DNA from: an uncultured delta proteobacterium
GTDB taxonomy: Bacteria > Myxococcota > Kuafuiibacteriia > Kuafuiibacteriales > Kuafuiibacteriaceae
Direction of reading: 5' to 3'
NCBI GenBank assembly: GCA_963803435.1
Contig: CAWDML010000009.1
Coordinates: 992,001-1,056,000, forward strand
DNA length: 64,000 nt
In this document: one piece after another, positions 30,880 through 39,708 of the stretch
How positions within the stretch are numbered: the first letter of the stretch is position 1
How the letters are laid out: each line of letters opens with the position of its first letter
Made by a program: the position numbers and the translations under genes
Notes under the pieces: model-generated
What the model saw: only the letters and a program-made list of their open reading frames with translations
Databases searched by the model: none
Told to the model about the DNA's origin: nothing

Positions 30880-31320
30880 TCAGAAGGACGGTAGGGAGCA
30901 GCGCATCTCGTCGCCGGTGGATCGAACCCGGAGGATCGGCGACGCGGTGCTGGTGCCCGCTTTGAGACCGGAGATCGCGTAGTCGCCCGCCGGCAGCGGC
31001 GGGGTCTCGCACTGGACGGTCGCGATGCCGCACACGGCGGGGCACGCCAGGTCGCGCCGCAACGTACAAGACTGGCCGACCATCACGACCTTCAACATGT
31101 CGCCGCTCCGCTCCACCGTGCAGCCGGAGATGCTGCGGCCGCAGCCGGTGCAACCCTCCCGCGCCTCGATCTGGATCGGGGTGTCGACGGGGGCGCTGTT
31201 CGGCACGCAGACCGCATCCGCGAGGCCGCGGATGTCGGTGCAATCAGTCACGTCAGCGTCGGTGTCGGCCGCGCAGCCGGTCGCGATGAGGAGGAGGGCG
31301 GAAAGGCGGATGAGCTTCAC
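30880..31320 (-). CDS. Cys-rich lipoprotein
   Basis: GTG start, lipobox IATGC, CPAVC and LPAGDYAI. Confidence 0.65.
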   Translation of the reverse strand: MKLIRLSALLLIATGCAADTDADVTDCTDIRGLADAVCVPNSAPVDTPIQIEAREGCTGCGRSISGCTVERSGDMLKVVMVGQSCTLRRDLACPAVCGIATVQCETPPLPAGDYAISGLKAGTSTASPILRVRSTGDEMRCSLPSF

Positions 31321-31433
31321 CGTCGCGAGGCTAAGCAAGAGCAGTACCACGGCTCGTCGAATGGAAAACGAGGTCGCGACCGACGCTGGCGTCGCGGTGA
31401 CCGTGGACCTCCACCGCCTCGAGGGCGCGCGGC

Positions 31434-31467
31434 CCGGATTCGTCCGGATTCGTCCGGCTTCCTCCGG
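31434..31467 (-). repeat. 10-bp-period tandem repeat (CCGGACGAAK on - strand)
   Basis: CCGGATTCGT CCGGATTCGT CCGGCTTCCT CCGG between divergent genes. Confidence 0.75.
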
Positions 31468-31538
31468 CGAGCGCCCGGACGACACGTCGGCGGACGAGCA
31501 CCCCTGACCTGGCGCGCTCGTTGCTCTCCGCGCAGCGC

Positions 31539-32234
31539 ATGCGAAGACACACTCTCTCGATCATCCTCGCGTCGCTCGCGATCTCGAGCTGCGGTTTCTC
31601 ACGCGTTCGTTCCGGGCCCACCTTGGACACGTATCGAGTGCGCCGGGCGAAGATCGCGATCGTGTCTCTTTACGTCAACGACTACCGGCCCATGGTGGCC
31701 CATCTCCGGTCATCGAGCGGCAGTATCGAGCGGCTCGCGTCGGAGCGGCTCGGAGAGATGGTGGCGATCGCCGAGAAGGAGCTCGGCGCCGACTTCGAGG
31801 TGATCGGCACCAGCGGCTTCACGATGGATGGCGGATATCGCGAGCTCTCCTCGCCCGCGAAGTTCGACATCCTCCTCCCTGCGTTCGAAGGGATCTCCAT
31901 GCCGGTCTTCTCCGAGACCGAGGACGACCTCGTGAAGTCGCGTCTGGCGCCGGAGCGAGCTCGCCAGCTGTGCGCGCTCCTCGGCGTGGACATGGTCGCG
32001 GTCATCTACAGCGAGTGGGAGACCAAGACCGGCCTGTGCATCCGCACCACGAAACCACTCGTCGGGACGGTCCTGTCCATCTACGACCAGACGGGCGAGC
32101 AGATCTACGCGAATCGGAAGAGAACCCACGGTCGGACGATCGGAGGCTTCAGCGCTTTCGACATCGATGGGGCGCTGGAAGAGTGGATGCGCGGCTATGA
32201 GCGGACGCTCCGGTTCCTGGTCACGAGGATCTGA
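31539..32234 (+). CDS. Hypothetical lipoprotein
   Basis: Lipobox ISSC; alpha/beta pattern with LGVDMVAVI. Confidence 0.65.
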   Translation: MRRHTLSIILASLAISSCGFSRVRSGPTLDTYRVRRAKIAIVSLYVNDYRPMVAHLRSSSGSIERLASERLGEMVAIAEKELGADFEVIGTSGFTMDGGYRELSSPAKFDILLPAFEGISMPVFSETEDDLVKSRLAPERARQLCALLGVDMVAVIYSEWETKTGLCIRTTKPLVGTVLSIYDQTGEQIYANRKRTHGRTIGGFSAFDIDGALEEWMRGYERTLRFLVTRI

Positions 32235-32363
32235 CCGCGGCGGTCGAGGTGACGTCTCCCTTTGGCGAAAGGAAGACGATGAACCCGAACGCTTCCCTCG
32301 CAATCGAACCCGCACGCACGCGCCTTCCCAGCCTCTTCGACACCCCCGATCAGGTGCATGCTT

Positions 32364-33641
32364 TCACGCCCTTCGGGGCCCTTCGAGGTCAGGCCCGGTG
32401 GGCGTCTGAGACGGTCGACCGTCGAGCCGTGCCAGCTGCGCCTCGAGCTGGATCCGCTCCGCGCGGTTCCGCGCGACAGCGCACGCCTGGACGAGGCTCG
32501 CCCGCGCCTCGTCGATCCGGCCGAGCTCCGCGAGCAGCGTTCCGCGCACGAGGTGAACGTACGGATAGGCACCCGCCTCATCGAGGAGCGCGAGCCCGGC
32601 CTCCAATCCCTCCGCCCGTGCGACCGCAAAAGCGCGGTTGACCCGAACGGCGGGCGTCGGGCGGTGCGCCTCGAGCATGTGGTACAGCGCAGCGATCTCC
32701 ACCCAGTCCGTCTCCTCCGCGCGAGCCGCGCGGCAGTGCGTCGCCGAGATCGCCGCTTCGATCTGGAGCGGACCGGGACGACCCAGTGCGAGCGCCGTAT
32801 CGAGGATCGTCATCGCGTGCGCGATGGCGGCCTGATCCCACCGGCTCCGATCCTGTTCGGGGAGCGGGACGACTCGACCCTCTCCATCGAGCCGGGCCGG
32901 GCGCCGCGCATCGTGGAGCAGGACGAGCGCGAGGAGCGCCAGGACCTCCGGTTCGTCGGAGAACCCGTCCGCAAGCGAGCGCGAGAGCCCAATCGCGAGG
33001 CGGCAGAGATCGCCGCGGATCGGCGCGTCGTCGTCGCCCGACCAGTAGCCCTCGTTGAAAAGGAGGTGGATCACGCGAAGCACGGCGTCGAGCCGATCGC
33101 GCGCAGCGCTCCGGTGTCGTGCCCTCGGCGTCGCCCCGCTCGCGGAGCCGCTTGCGCGCCCGCGTGAGGCGCTGCTCCATCGAACGCGGTTCGACGACGA
33201 ACGCACGGGCGACCTCCTTCGGTCGAGAGGCCCGACCACAGTCGCGAGACAGAGCGCGGCGCTCTCACCCGGTTCGAGCGCCGGATGACAGCAAGCGAAC
33301 ACCAGCCGAAGGAGCTCGTCGTTCCACCCGCGCACCACGTCCGGCTCGCCGACGGCGACGCGCACCCAGGGGCTCATCTCCGCGAGCCGCTCGAGCGCGT
33401 CCGGCGTCTCGGAGCGACCGCGCCGGACGCGATCGCGGTGCGCGTTGGCGGCGACCGTGACCAGCCATGCCTCGGCAGAGTCCGGCGCGCCCCGTGCGGG
33501 CCAGCTCGAGAGCGCTCTCACCACCGCCTCCTGCACTGCGTCCTCCGCTTCGGGGAGGCTCCGCGTGAACGCGAGCGTCCGCGCGAGGACCCGGGGATAG
33601 ATCCGTCTGAGCACATCGCGCGTTCTGCTCACCTCTCCCAC
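32364..33641 (-). CDS. ECF sigma factor with C-terminal TPR/DUF6596 extension (ECF42-like; frameshifted)
   Basis: AEDAVQEA, LRLVFACCHPAL, VIHLLFNEGY, EQDRSRWD, TDW.EI.ALY; adjacent YciI gene. Confidence 0.85.
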   Translation of the reverse strand: MGEVSRTRDVLRRIYPRVLARTLAFTRSLPEAEDAVQEAVVRALSSWPARGAPDSAEAWLVTVAANAHRDRVRRGRSETPDALERLAEMSPWVRVAVGEPDVVRGWNDELLRLVFACCHPALEPGESAALCLATVVGPLDRRRSPVRSSSNRVRWSSASRGRASGSASGATPRARHRSAARDRLDAVLRVIHLLFNEGYWSGDDDAPIRGDLCRLAIGLSRSLADGFSDEPEVLALLALVLLHDARRPARLDGEGRVVPLPEQDRSRWDQAAIAHAMTILDTALALGRPGPLQIEAAISATHCRAARAEETDWVEIAALYHMLEAHRPTPAVRVNRAFAVARAEGLEAGLALLDEAGAYPYVHLVRGTLLAELGRIDEARASLVQACAVARNRAERIQLEAQLARLDGRPSQTPTGPDLEGPRRA

Positions 33642-33992
33642 CGCCAGGTCACCGGCCGGACCTCGATCGCGTGATCGTCGAGCGGGGCAGATCGCTCCGG
33701 GCGTACGTCGAGCGCCTCCTCTTCATCCACGCAGTCGATCGACGTAGAACCCGACGAGCCACTCCTTGGTGTCGATGTACGGGCCGTCGGTGATCTCGTG
33801 GGCCCCGCCGCCGGCGCGTACGGTCTTTGACGTCGGTACGCCGTCGAGCCTCGCCACTGCGTACAGATCGCCTCGCGCAGCGGTCTCCTTCTGCACCGCA
33901 CGGTGACCCGCGAGCGCCCGCTCCGACGCCTCGGCCGCCGGCTCGAGCGACGTCGTGCGGTAGATGAGCAGCGCGTACGACTGCTTCGTCAA
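33629..33992 (-). CDS. YciI/DGPF family protein (frameshifted)
   Basis: YALLIY, ITDGPYIDTKEWLVGFY, AIEVRPV. Confidence 0.85.
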
Positions 33993-34309
33993 GCAGCCCC
34001 CTCGCGCAGCTCGTCGAGCCAGGCGCGCACCATGCTCGCCAGCCTATCCGCGATCCTCCTCCGTGAGAAAATGCCGGACCTCGAGCTTCTTCAGCCGCGT
34101 CCGGACCATGCGATGCAGCGCCGCCCTGTCGCGCGCGCCCCCGGGCCGATCGCGTTCCGGTACCCGAACGCCGACGTCGGATTCCCGTGGATGAACAGCA
34201 CCGGATCGCCGCGCCCTTCTTCCACGGAGTGGATCCGATGACCGAGCACGTCGGCGTACCTCGGCTCGAACGGAAACGCCGCAGGCGGCGACGCGCGACG
34301 GGCCTCCAT
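33989..34309 (-). pseudogene. Haloalkane dehalogenase-like alpha/beta hydrolase remnant
   Basis: N-terminus FPFEPRY...G.GDPVLFIHGNPTS...RCIA is fused directly to the C-terminal HFLTEE...VRAWLDEL; about 320 bp remain of a roughly 900 bp gene. Confidence 0.7.
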
Positions 34310-34310
34310 T

Positions 34311-34637
34311 TCAAGCCTTCTGCCAGAGCGCGATCGTCGCTCCGCCCGGATCACGCACGATCACGAACTCGCCGGCAGGCCCACGCGCCTTCTCCGCGAG
34401 CACCGTTGCCCCGAGCGTCTTCGCCTTCTTCGTGGCGGCGTCGACGTCCTCGACCTCCGCGTACGGGATCCAGCCGCCCGTCCCTTGTTCCTCGCCGACC
34501 CCCGCGAAGGGTCCCTTCTCCCCCGCGAACATCGTCATCCCGGGCGGACCGTCGGTACGCCTCCAGCCGAGGAGCGCCTCGTAGAACGCGACGGCGTCGC
34601 TCGGCTTCTTGCTGCTGTTGTGGAACCAGACGAACAT
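34311..34637 (-). CDS. VOC/glyoxalase family protein
   Basis: FYEALLGW, WIPY..VEDVDA, GEF..VRDPGGA; AAGGAG RBS. Confidence 0.88.
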   Translation of the reverse strand: MFVWFHNSSKKPSDAVAFYEALLGWRRTDGPPGMTMFAGEKGPFAGVGEEQGTGGWIPYAEVEDVDAATKKAKTLGATVLAEKARGPAGEFVIVRDPGGATIALWQKA

Positions 34638-34687
34638 GGGTGTTCTCCTTCTTTGTGGGTGACGCCGCCGGACGTCATCGAGACAGA

Positions 34688-34714
34688 GACGAACGAGGTC
34701 GCCCGCTCACGACA
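34688..34714 (-). promoter_or_regulatory. Putative ECF42-type promoter for the VOC-hydrolase-yciI-ecf operon
   Basis: TGTCG...N18...CGTC on the - strand, about 50 bp upstream of the VOC start. Confidence 0.55.
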
Positions 34715-34724
34715 GGCGGAGTCG

Positions 34725-34750
34725 AAAAAGGCGGATCCAGAGGCCCGCCT
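34725..34750 (-). terminator. Intrinsic terminator candidate
   Basis: - strand AGGCGG-N10-CCGCCT followed by TTTT. Confidence 0.55.
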
Positions 34751-35005
34751 CAAAACCGGCCCGTCTCGTCCCAGCGATTCTTGGGACGGACGGACCTTCG
34801 GAGGGCACCGACAGGGGTTCTGCAATCGTCCTCGAGGGCCCTTGCGCCCGCAGACGCAAGCCCTGAGCTTGCGCTCCGAGGCGGATCTCTGAGCCTGCTG
34901 CGGGGTGTCAGGGTCGCGTTGGCGTGGTCGAGATTGAGGGCGAGCGAAGCATCGCGCTCCCGAGTCTTGCTCACCGAGGATGGCGTCGACCGCCGCCGGC
35001 CAGGC

Positions 35006-36055
35006 TCAGGGGGTAATCGGTACCTCGACGGTGACGTCACCGGTGGCCGGGACGCTGAAGGTCGCCAGGGCGACGCTGGACGTGGGACACAGCTCGGCCA
35101 CGGTCGGGGGCGTCTCACCTCCCCCACCGAAGTTGTGGACGCAGTAGGCGTGGCCCGACCCGTCATCCATGCAGTCGGGCGGAAGCTGGGTTTCAAAGGC
35201 GATCTGAACCGTCCGCGGGCCGGGGCTGACCGGGACTCGCTGGCCCAGCGTCTCTTCGGCGAGACCCAGCCCCGGCCAGCCTCGTGAGGCGCAGTCGACA
35301 GGGTGCGTGTACGTGTCCAGCCGGCGGGCGTCCCAGGTGATCTCGTAGGAGCCGCCAGGGGCGAGACGTTGGAGCTGGTCCGGCCCGGGCGGGCCGGGGT
35401 TGGCGCATTCGCAGAGACACTGGAAGGCGAGGGCGATCGGAACGCCCGGATCGAGCGGCGTGCAGTACCAACCCGAGGTGACGACGTAGATGTCCGAGAG
35501 GAGGTCGTTCTGGATCCGGAACGTGATGGTCTGCGTGGAAGGGGCGTCGGGTCTCGGTCCGTAACCGCGAACAGGGATGGCGTAGACAGACTTCGATGCG
35601 TCGTTGGATGAGATGTTTAGCGTGGTCTCGAAAGCGCCCGCGGACGGAGGCGCGAAGTCGATGGTCCACTCGGTCTGCTGACCCGGTTGGAGCACCGGTG
35701 TCGTCGGCGGCGTCTGGAGAGAGAAGACCGTGGCGTCGGCGAGCGAGACGGACTGGATTTGGCATGCCGACATCCCGGCATTCTCGACCCGGAGGTTGAG
35801 GCTCGAGGTTTGACCCACCGGCACCAGGCCGAAGTCCAAGGGTTCGTCGAGAGCCATGAGGATGCAGCCCTCGAACCCGGCATCGAAGGCACCGGAGTCG
35901 GCGGGACCGGCGTCCTGGTCGGCCGCGTCCGCGAGCGATCCTGCGTCGCGGCTGGATGGGACCTCGAGGGGATGGTCGATCACGTCGACGCTGCAGGCCG
36001 AGAGGAGCAGGACGAGAGAGAGTGGCCGCAGGATGGGAGTTGTCGTGGCTCGCAT
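35006..36055 (-). CDS. Lipoprotein with ASPM-SPD-2-Hydin/choice-of-anchor D-like Ig domain and Cys-rich C-terminus
   Basis: Lipobox LSAC; LDFGLVPVG...F.P...G.F...L.I.SND pattern. Confidence 0.7.
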   Translation of the reverse strand: MRATTTPILRPLSLVLLLSACSVDVIDHPLEVPSSRDAGSLADAADQDAGPADSGAFDAGFEGCILMALDEPLDFGLVPVGQTSSLNLRVENAGMSACQIQSVSLADATVFSLQTPPTTPVLQPGQQTEWTIDFAPPSAGAFETTLNISSNDASKSVYAIPVRGYGPRPDAPSTQTITFRIQNDLLSDIYVVTSGWYCTPLDPGVPIALAFQCLCECANPGPPGPDQLQRLAPGGSYEITWDARRLDTYTHPVDCASRGWPGLGLAEETLGQRVPVSPGPRTVQIAFETQLPPDCMDDGSGHAYCVHNFGGGGETPPTVAELCPTSSVALATFSVPATGDVTVEVPITP

Positions 36056-36060
36056 TCCGT

Positions 36061-36090
36061 GATCACCCGTGGAGGCGGTCCGAGTTTCCT
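36061..36090 (-). promoter_or_regulatory. ECF promoter copy 1 (AGGAAACTC-N14-GGTGATC)
   Basis: Same bipartite motif and spacing as 37771-37800; lies 5 nt before the ATG at 36055. Confidence 0.7.
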
Positions 36091-36095
36091 ACAAA

Positions 36096-37224
36096 TCAGC
36101 GGCCGCTCTGCTCGCAGGCCTGGAGGTAGGCATCGACCTGGGGTCCGTAGCGCCCGGGGCCAAAGCGGCGTTGGTGGGCCCGCCAATGACGGCAGGCCTC
36201 GCCAGGCGCCGCGAGCTTCTTCTCGAGGAGCTCGCCCCGCTCGAAGCTGAGGACCTCGGCGGCCTGCGATTCCAGAGGGGCCTCCAAGAGCTGGGCAATG
36301 AGGCGGGCCGCGCGTTGGTAGCGGCGGTTCGCGCGAAGGATCGTGACCTGTTCCACGGCCCGGGCCGTCTCCGCCGTGGACCACTGGGCGGGCGCAATGG
36401 TCTCATCGCGCCAGACCTCTCTCGGGCGCCGATCGACCGACCCCGCGCCGGGATCGACCGTCCGAATCGAAGCGGCTTCGAAGCGGCGCGGGGACCGAGG
36501 ACGGGGGCCGCCTTTCGGCCCGAAGGCCCTTCGGAGGTGAGGTCGTCGCCGAATGCTTCGAGCGCGTGAGCTCGGCCGTCGCTCCGCTCGGGTCCTCGGG
36601 TGGAGGGGATGGGATCGGTGGACTCGCGCCCCACTCCAGGGTCTCGCCAGGGCGAAGCCGCGATCGGCCCCCGTCCCTGCGCAGGAAGTCGAGGTGGCCT
36701 TCTTCCAGGGTGACGCGGCCGCCCCGGCCTCGCTCGGTGACGGTAAACCGGGTGCCGATGACCTCGATCCGGCCCCCGGAGACCAGGACGCTCACTGGGC
36801 GCCTGACGTTGGCGACCTGAAACGAGACTCGACCGCGCACGATCCGGATGCCGTCCTCGGTGTTTAACAGCGCGCTGGGCTCCAGCGTCTGCATCACCAG
36901 CTCCGGCTCCGAAACGGTGAGGGTGCAGCCGGGCTCGACCTGAAGCTGCGCTCGAAGCTCTGGGGGCGCGCAAGATTCGGGTACGAACGTGATTCCGGAG
37001 GCGATCGCTGCTGGGACGGGCGCGGCCGCTTGGGATCCGGCTCTCACCAAGATGACCCCGATCCCGGCCGCCGCGATCGCGCCGGCGAGGACGGGGAGGG
37101 AAGGTCCACGCTTGCGCACCGACCTTGCGAAGCGGGCGTCCAGGGCGGGGGAGGGACGGGCATCGGCCAGCGCCGCATCCGCCTCCTTGAGAGCGTCGAT
37201 GAAGCTCGGCCGACGCTCAGACAT
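36096..37224 (-). CDS. FecR-domain anti-sigma factor with TPR-like C-terminus (frameshift near 36500)
   Basis: TM helix; IEVIGTRFTV and V.LEEG FecR motifs; C-terminal helical part in ORF 36096-36356. Confidence 0.75.
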
Positions 37225-37762
37225 CGGGCACCTCGTAGCCCCTCGAACGCACGCGCTCGGTCGCCCGGTGGATCAGCTTCGACACGTATCCCTTCGAGTG
37301 GCCCAACGTCTCGGCGATCTCATTTTGGCTCTTGCCCTCGAGGTGGAGCATCGTGAATGCGATCCGCTCCTTCGGGGGCAGGCTGTCGACGACCTCGAGG
37401 GTACGCCGGAGCTCGCTCCGGGCTTCGAGCTGGGGCGTGAGCTCGGCCGCGCCCCGACCGAGGCCGAGGATGGAGAGAACGGATCGACGGAAGCGGGCTC
37501 GCTCGAGATGAGAGAGGCACCGATTGGCGGTGACCCGGTAGAACCACCCGGACAGCTGCTCCTCGTCGTCGAGGCGATCGAGGGCGCTCATCAGGCGCAG
37601 GAACACGTCATGGGTCACATCTTCCGCGATGGCCGTGTTCCCCGCGCAGTAGCGGAGCGCGATCCGATAGACGCTGTTGCGATGCCGAGCGTAGAGGCGC
37701 TCGACACGAACGGCTCGGTCCTCGACCGCGGTCGGGATGGCTTCCACGACGCCCACACCCAT
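37217..37762 (-). CDS. ECF sigma-70 factor
   Basis: AEDVTHDVFL, WFYRVTAN, LPPKER...EIAETLG. Confidence 0.9.
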   Translation of the reverse strand: MGVGVVEAIPTAVEDRAVRVERLYARHRNSVYRIALRYCAGNTAIAEDVTHDVFLRLMSALDRLDDEEQLSGWFYRVTANRCLSHLERARFRRSVLSILGLGRGAAELTPQLEARSELRRTLEVVDSLPPKERIAFTMLHLEGKSQNEIAETLGHSKGYVSKLIHRATERVRSRGYEVPDV

Positions 37763-37770
37763 CCGACGCC

Positions 37771-37800
37771 GATCACCGCCGAGGACCTCGAGAGTTTCCT
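37771..37800 (-). promoter_or_regulatory. ECF promoter copy 2 (autoregulatory)
   Basis: AGGAAACTC-N14-GGTGATC, 8 nt before the sigma ATG. Confidence 0.7.
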
Positions 37801-37827
37801 CGAAGCGGATCCTTTCTTCCCTGGGCC

Positions 37828-38904
37828 TCAAAACGTTCCCTCGTAGGCCAGTCCCAGCGAGCCCGACAGGCGGGCCGCCCCCCGGGACCACAGGATGGTC
37901 TCCCCCTGGGTATGGCGCCGGCTTCGGGCATCGAGCCCAGGGACGACCTCGAGCTCCACGGCGAGCGGATAGAGGAATCGCCAGGAGAGGCCTATCGGAA
38001 AATCAAGGGTGAAATCGAGCTTTTGTCCGGATTCGCTCCCGGCGTAGGCGTAGCGGTGCATGTGGATCCCTGCCCGGCCGCTCAGCTGGACCATCCACGA
38101 CTCGCCCAGCGGGATGCGGATGCTGGGGCCCGCGACCAGCTGTATCTCCAGGGCATGGATGGGGCCGCCGGAGGCGGGCTCGAGAAGGGCATCCAGACGC
38201 GCGCCGAGCCACCCGCCGGCGAGGTCGACGCCGAAGGTGACGAAGGGATCGAGGGCGGCCGAGCGGGCCTCGGCGCCGCCCGCAGCGCGGAGCCGCCACG
38301 AGAAGCCCGGGCCGACCACGGTCGTCTCGGATTTGGGGACGGAGGGCGCTTCGGCTCGGGTGAACAGGGCTCTGATGGTCCGAGCGACGGGGCCTGCCGC
38401 CTCCGGTTTGCAATCGCCGCCGGGGTCGCCCAAGCCCAGAGTGAGGCCGTCGGGCGGGGCCGCCACGCAAAGGCGTGCGCGGGCCCGGGTGGCGGTCCCG
38501 GTGAGCCCGAAACCGGCCTCGAGCACCCCGAGGGCGATTTGACCCCGCACGGCCAGCGACACGGGGCCGACCATCTCGAGGAACAAGAGCGACACCGTGC
38601 TCGTCTGCGCGGTGGCGCCGGCCGCTTCCAGCGCGAGCGTCGCCCGCTGAAGGACCTCGAGCTCCGCGACGGCGTGCGACGGCGCGCGGATGTCATAGCG
38701 GACGGTCGAGGCCCCGTCGGCGCGCACCCAAAGCGAGGTGCCCGAGCCCCCGACCGACAGCTGCTGGGGGGCGGGTACGCTCCCTGGGAGCACGTCGTAG
38801 CCGTCGTCCACGAGACGAAGCACCACTCGGGATCCGAGCTCACCCTCCGGAACCTCCACGGCGACGCCGCCCGCCAAAAGACCGATGGCGAGTCCGGCCC
38901 ACAC
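37828..38904 (-). CDS. Hypothetical protein with C-terminal outer-membrane beta-barrel-like domain
   Basis: Alternating beta-strand pattern in the C-terminal half; ends GLAYEGTF; start uncertain. Confidence 0.55.
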   Translation of the reverse strand: MWAGLAIGLLAGGVAVEVPEGELGSRVVLRLVDDGYDVLPGSVPAPQQLSVGGSGTSLWVRADGASTVRYDIRAPSHAVAELEVLQRATLALEAAGATAQTSTVSLLFLEMVGPVSLAVRGQIALGVLEAGFGLTGTATRARARLCVAAPPDGLTLGLGDPGGDCKPEAAGPVARTIRALFTRAEAPSVPKSETTVVGPGFSWRLRAAGGAEARSAALDPFVTFGVDLAGGWLGARLDALLEPASGGPIHALEIQLVAGPSIRIPLGESWMVQLSGRAGIHMHRYAYAGSESGQKLDFTLDFPIGLSWRFLYPLAVELEVVPGLDARSRRHTQGETILWSRGAARLSGSLGLAYEGTF

Positions 38905-39235
38905 GTCGGGCCTGTCTACCCACGATCGGGTCGAGATGTCAGCCCACCCGTCGTGGGCGCGGGCACCGGCGGGTCCAGACCTGGCGGTGCTCGCAAAGAG
39001 GCCGTGGTGCTTTGCGTACGTTCCTCGCGATCCCCGCCGATCAGCTTGGACGACCTGATCAGGACAAGCGGGCCGCCGGAAGACCTCAGGACATCGCGGG
39101 TGCTGCGTGCCACAGTCCTCGCAGTCCTCCGGGCGGCGCTCGCCTCCTCTCCGGTTGTCCATGGGGTGGACGAAGCTCTCCTGCGGGCCGCGGCAGTGCC
39201 GACCTCGCCGGGCACCGTCGCGCGAGGGTCCAGAT

Positions 39236-39285
39236 TCGGACGTTTCGAACCATCATCGGACGAAGCCGGACGAAGTCGGACAAAT
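39236..39285 (+). repeat. 10-bp-phased repeat YCGGAC(GAAG)
   Basis: Units at 39236, 39256, 39266 and 39276. Confidence 0.75.
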
Positions 39286-39708
39286 CATGGCTAGGGACTG
39301 ATCAGTGCAGTGGTCCGTCCCTTGCTCGAGGAGCGGCGATGCATGCTCGTCGGGACCAACTCTTCGCGATACTGCCCACAGGTGGCCCTTGGCTGCGGTG
39401 GTCTTGACGGCCGTCTTAGCTAAACGACGAGCCGGACCTGTTCGAGGAGAGCCTTCGAGAGCAGCTCCATCACCGTTGGTGAGACGGGTGGTTCACTTTG
39501 CTCAACCTGCATCTCCAGGGCTCGTCGAATTGCTCCGCACCTACGAATGAGTGGGTCGAGAGGCGGGCCAAGGGTCGCGAGATAGTCCTCGATCGAGCAC
39601 CGGGTTTCGAGCGAGCGTAGCGATGAACCGGATGCCGCGCGATGTCCCGGGGATCGAGTACCACCTCGTCACGCGCGGAGCGAAGACCATGGACCCCTTC
39701 GGCACCGC

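Noticed and set aside
32279-32400. Short ORF start with RBS (MNPNASLAIEP...) convergent on the ECF gene
   Set aside because: No recognisable family, and it overlaps the sigma 3' end. It may be a fragment but cannot be supported.
31434-39285. Short repeats as a CRISPR array
   Set aside because: Units are 10 bp with no spacers, and no cas genes are present in the window.
39300-39700. Lower-GC non-coding stretch as an ncRNA or gene remnant
   Set aside because: I could not find a convincing structure, ORF or homology by eye.
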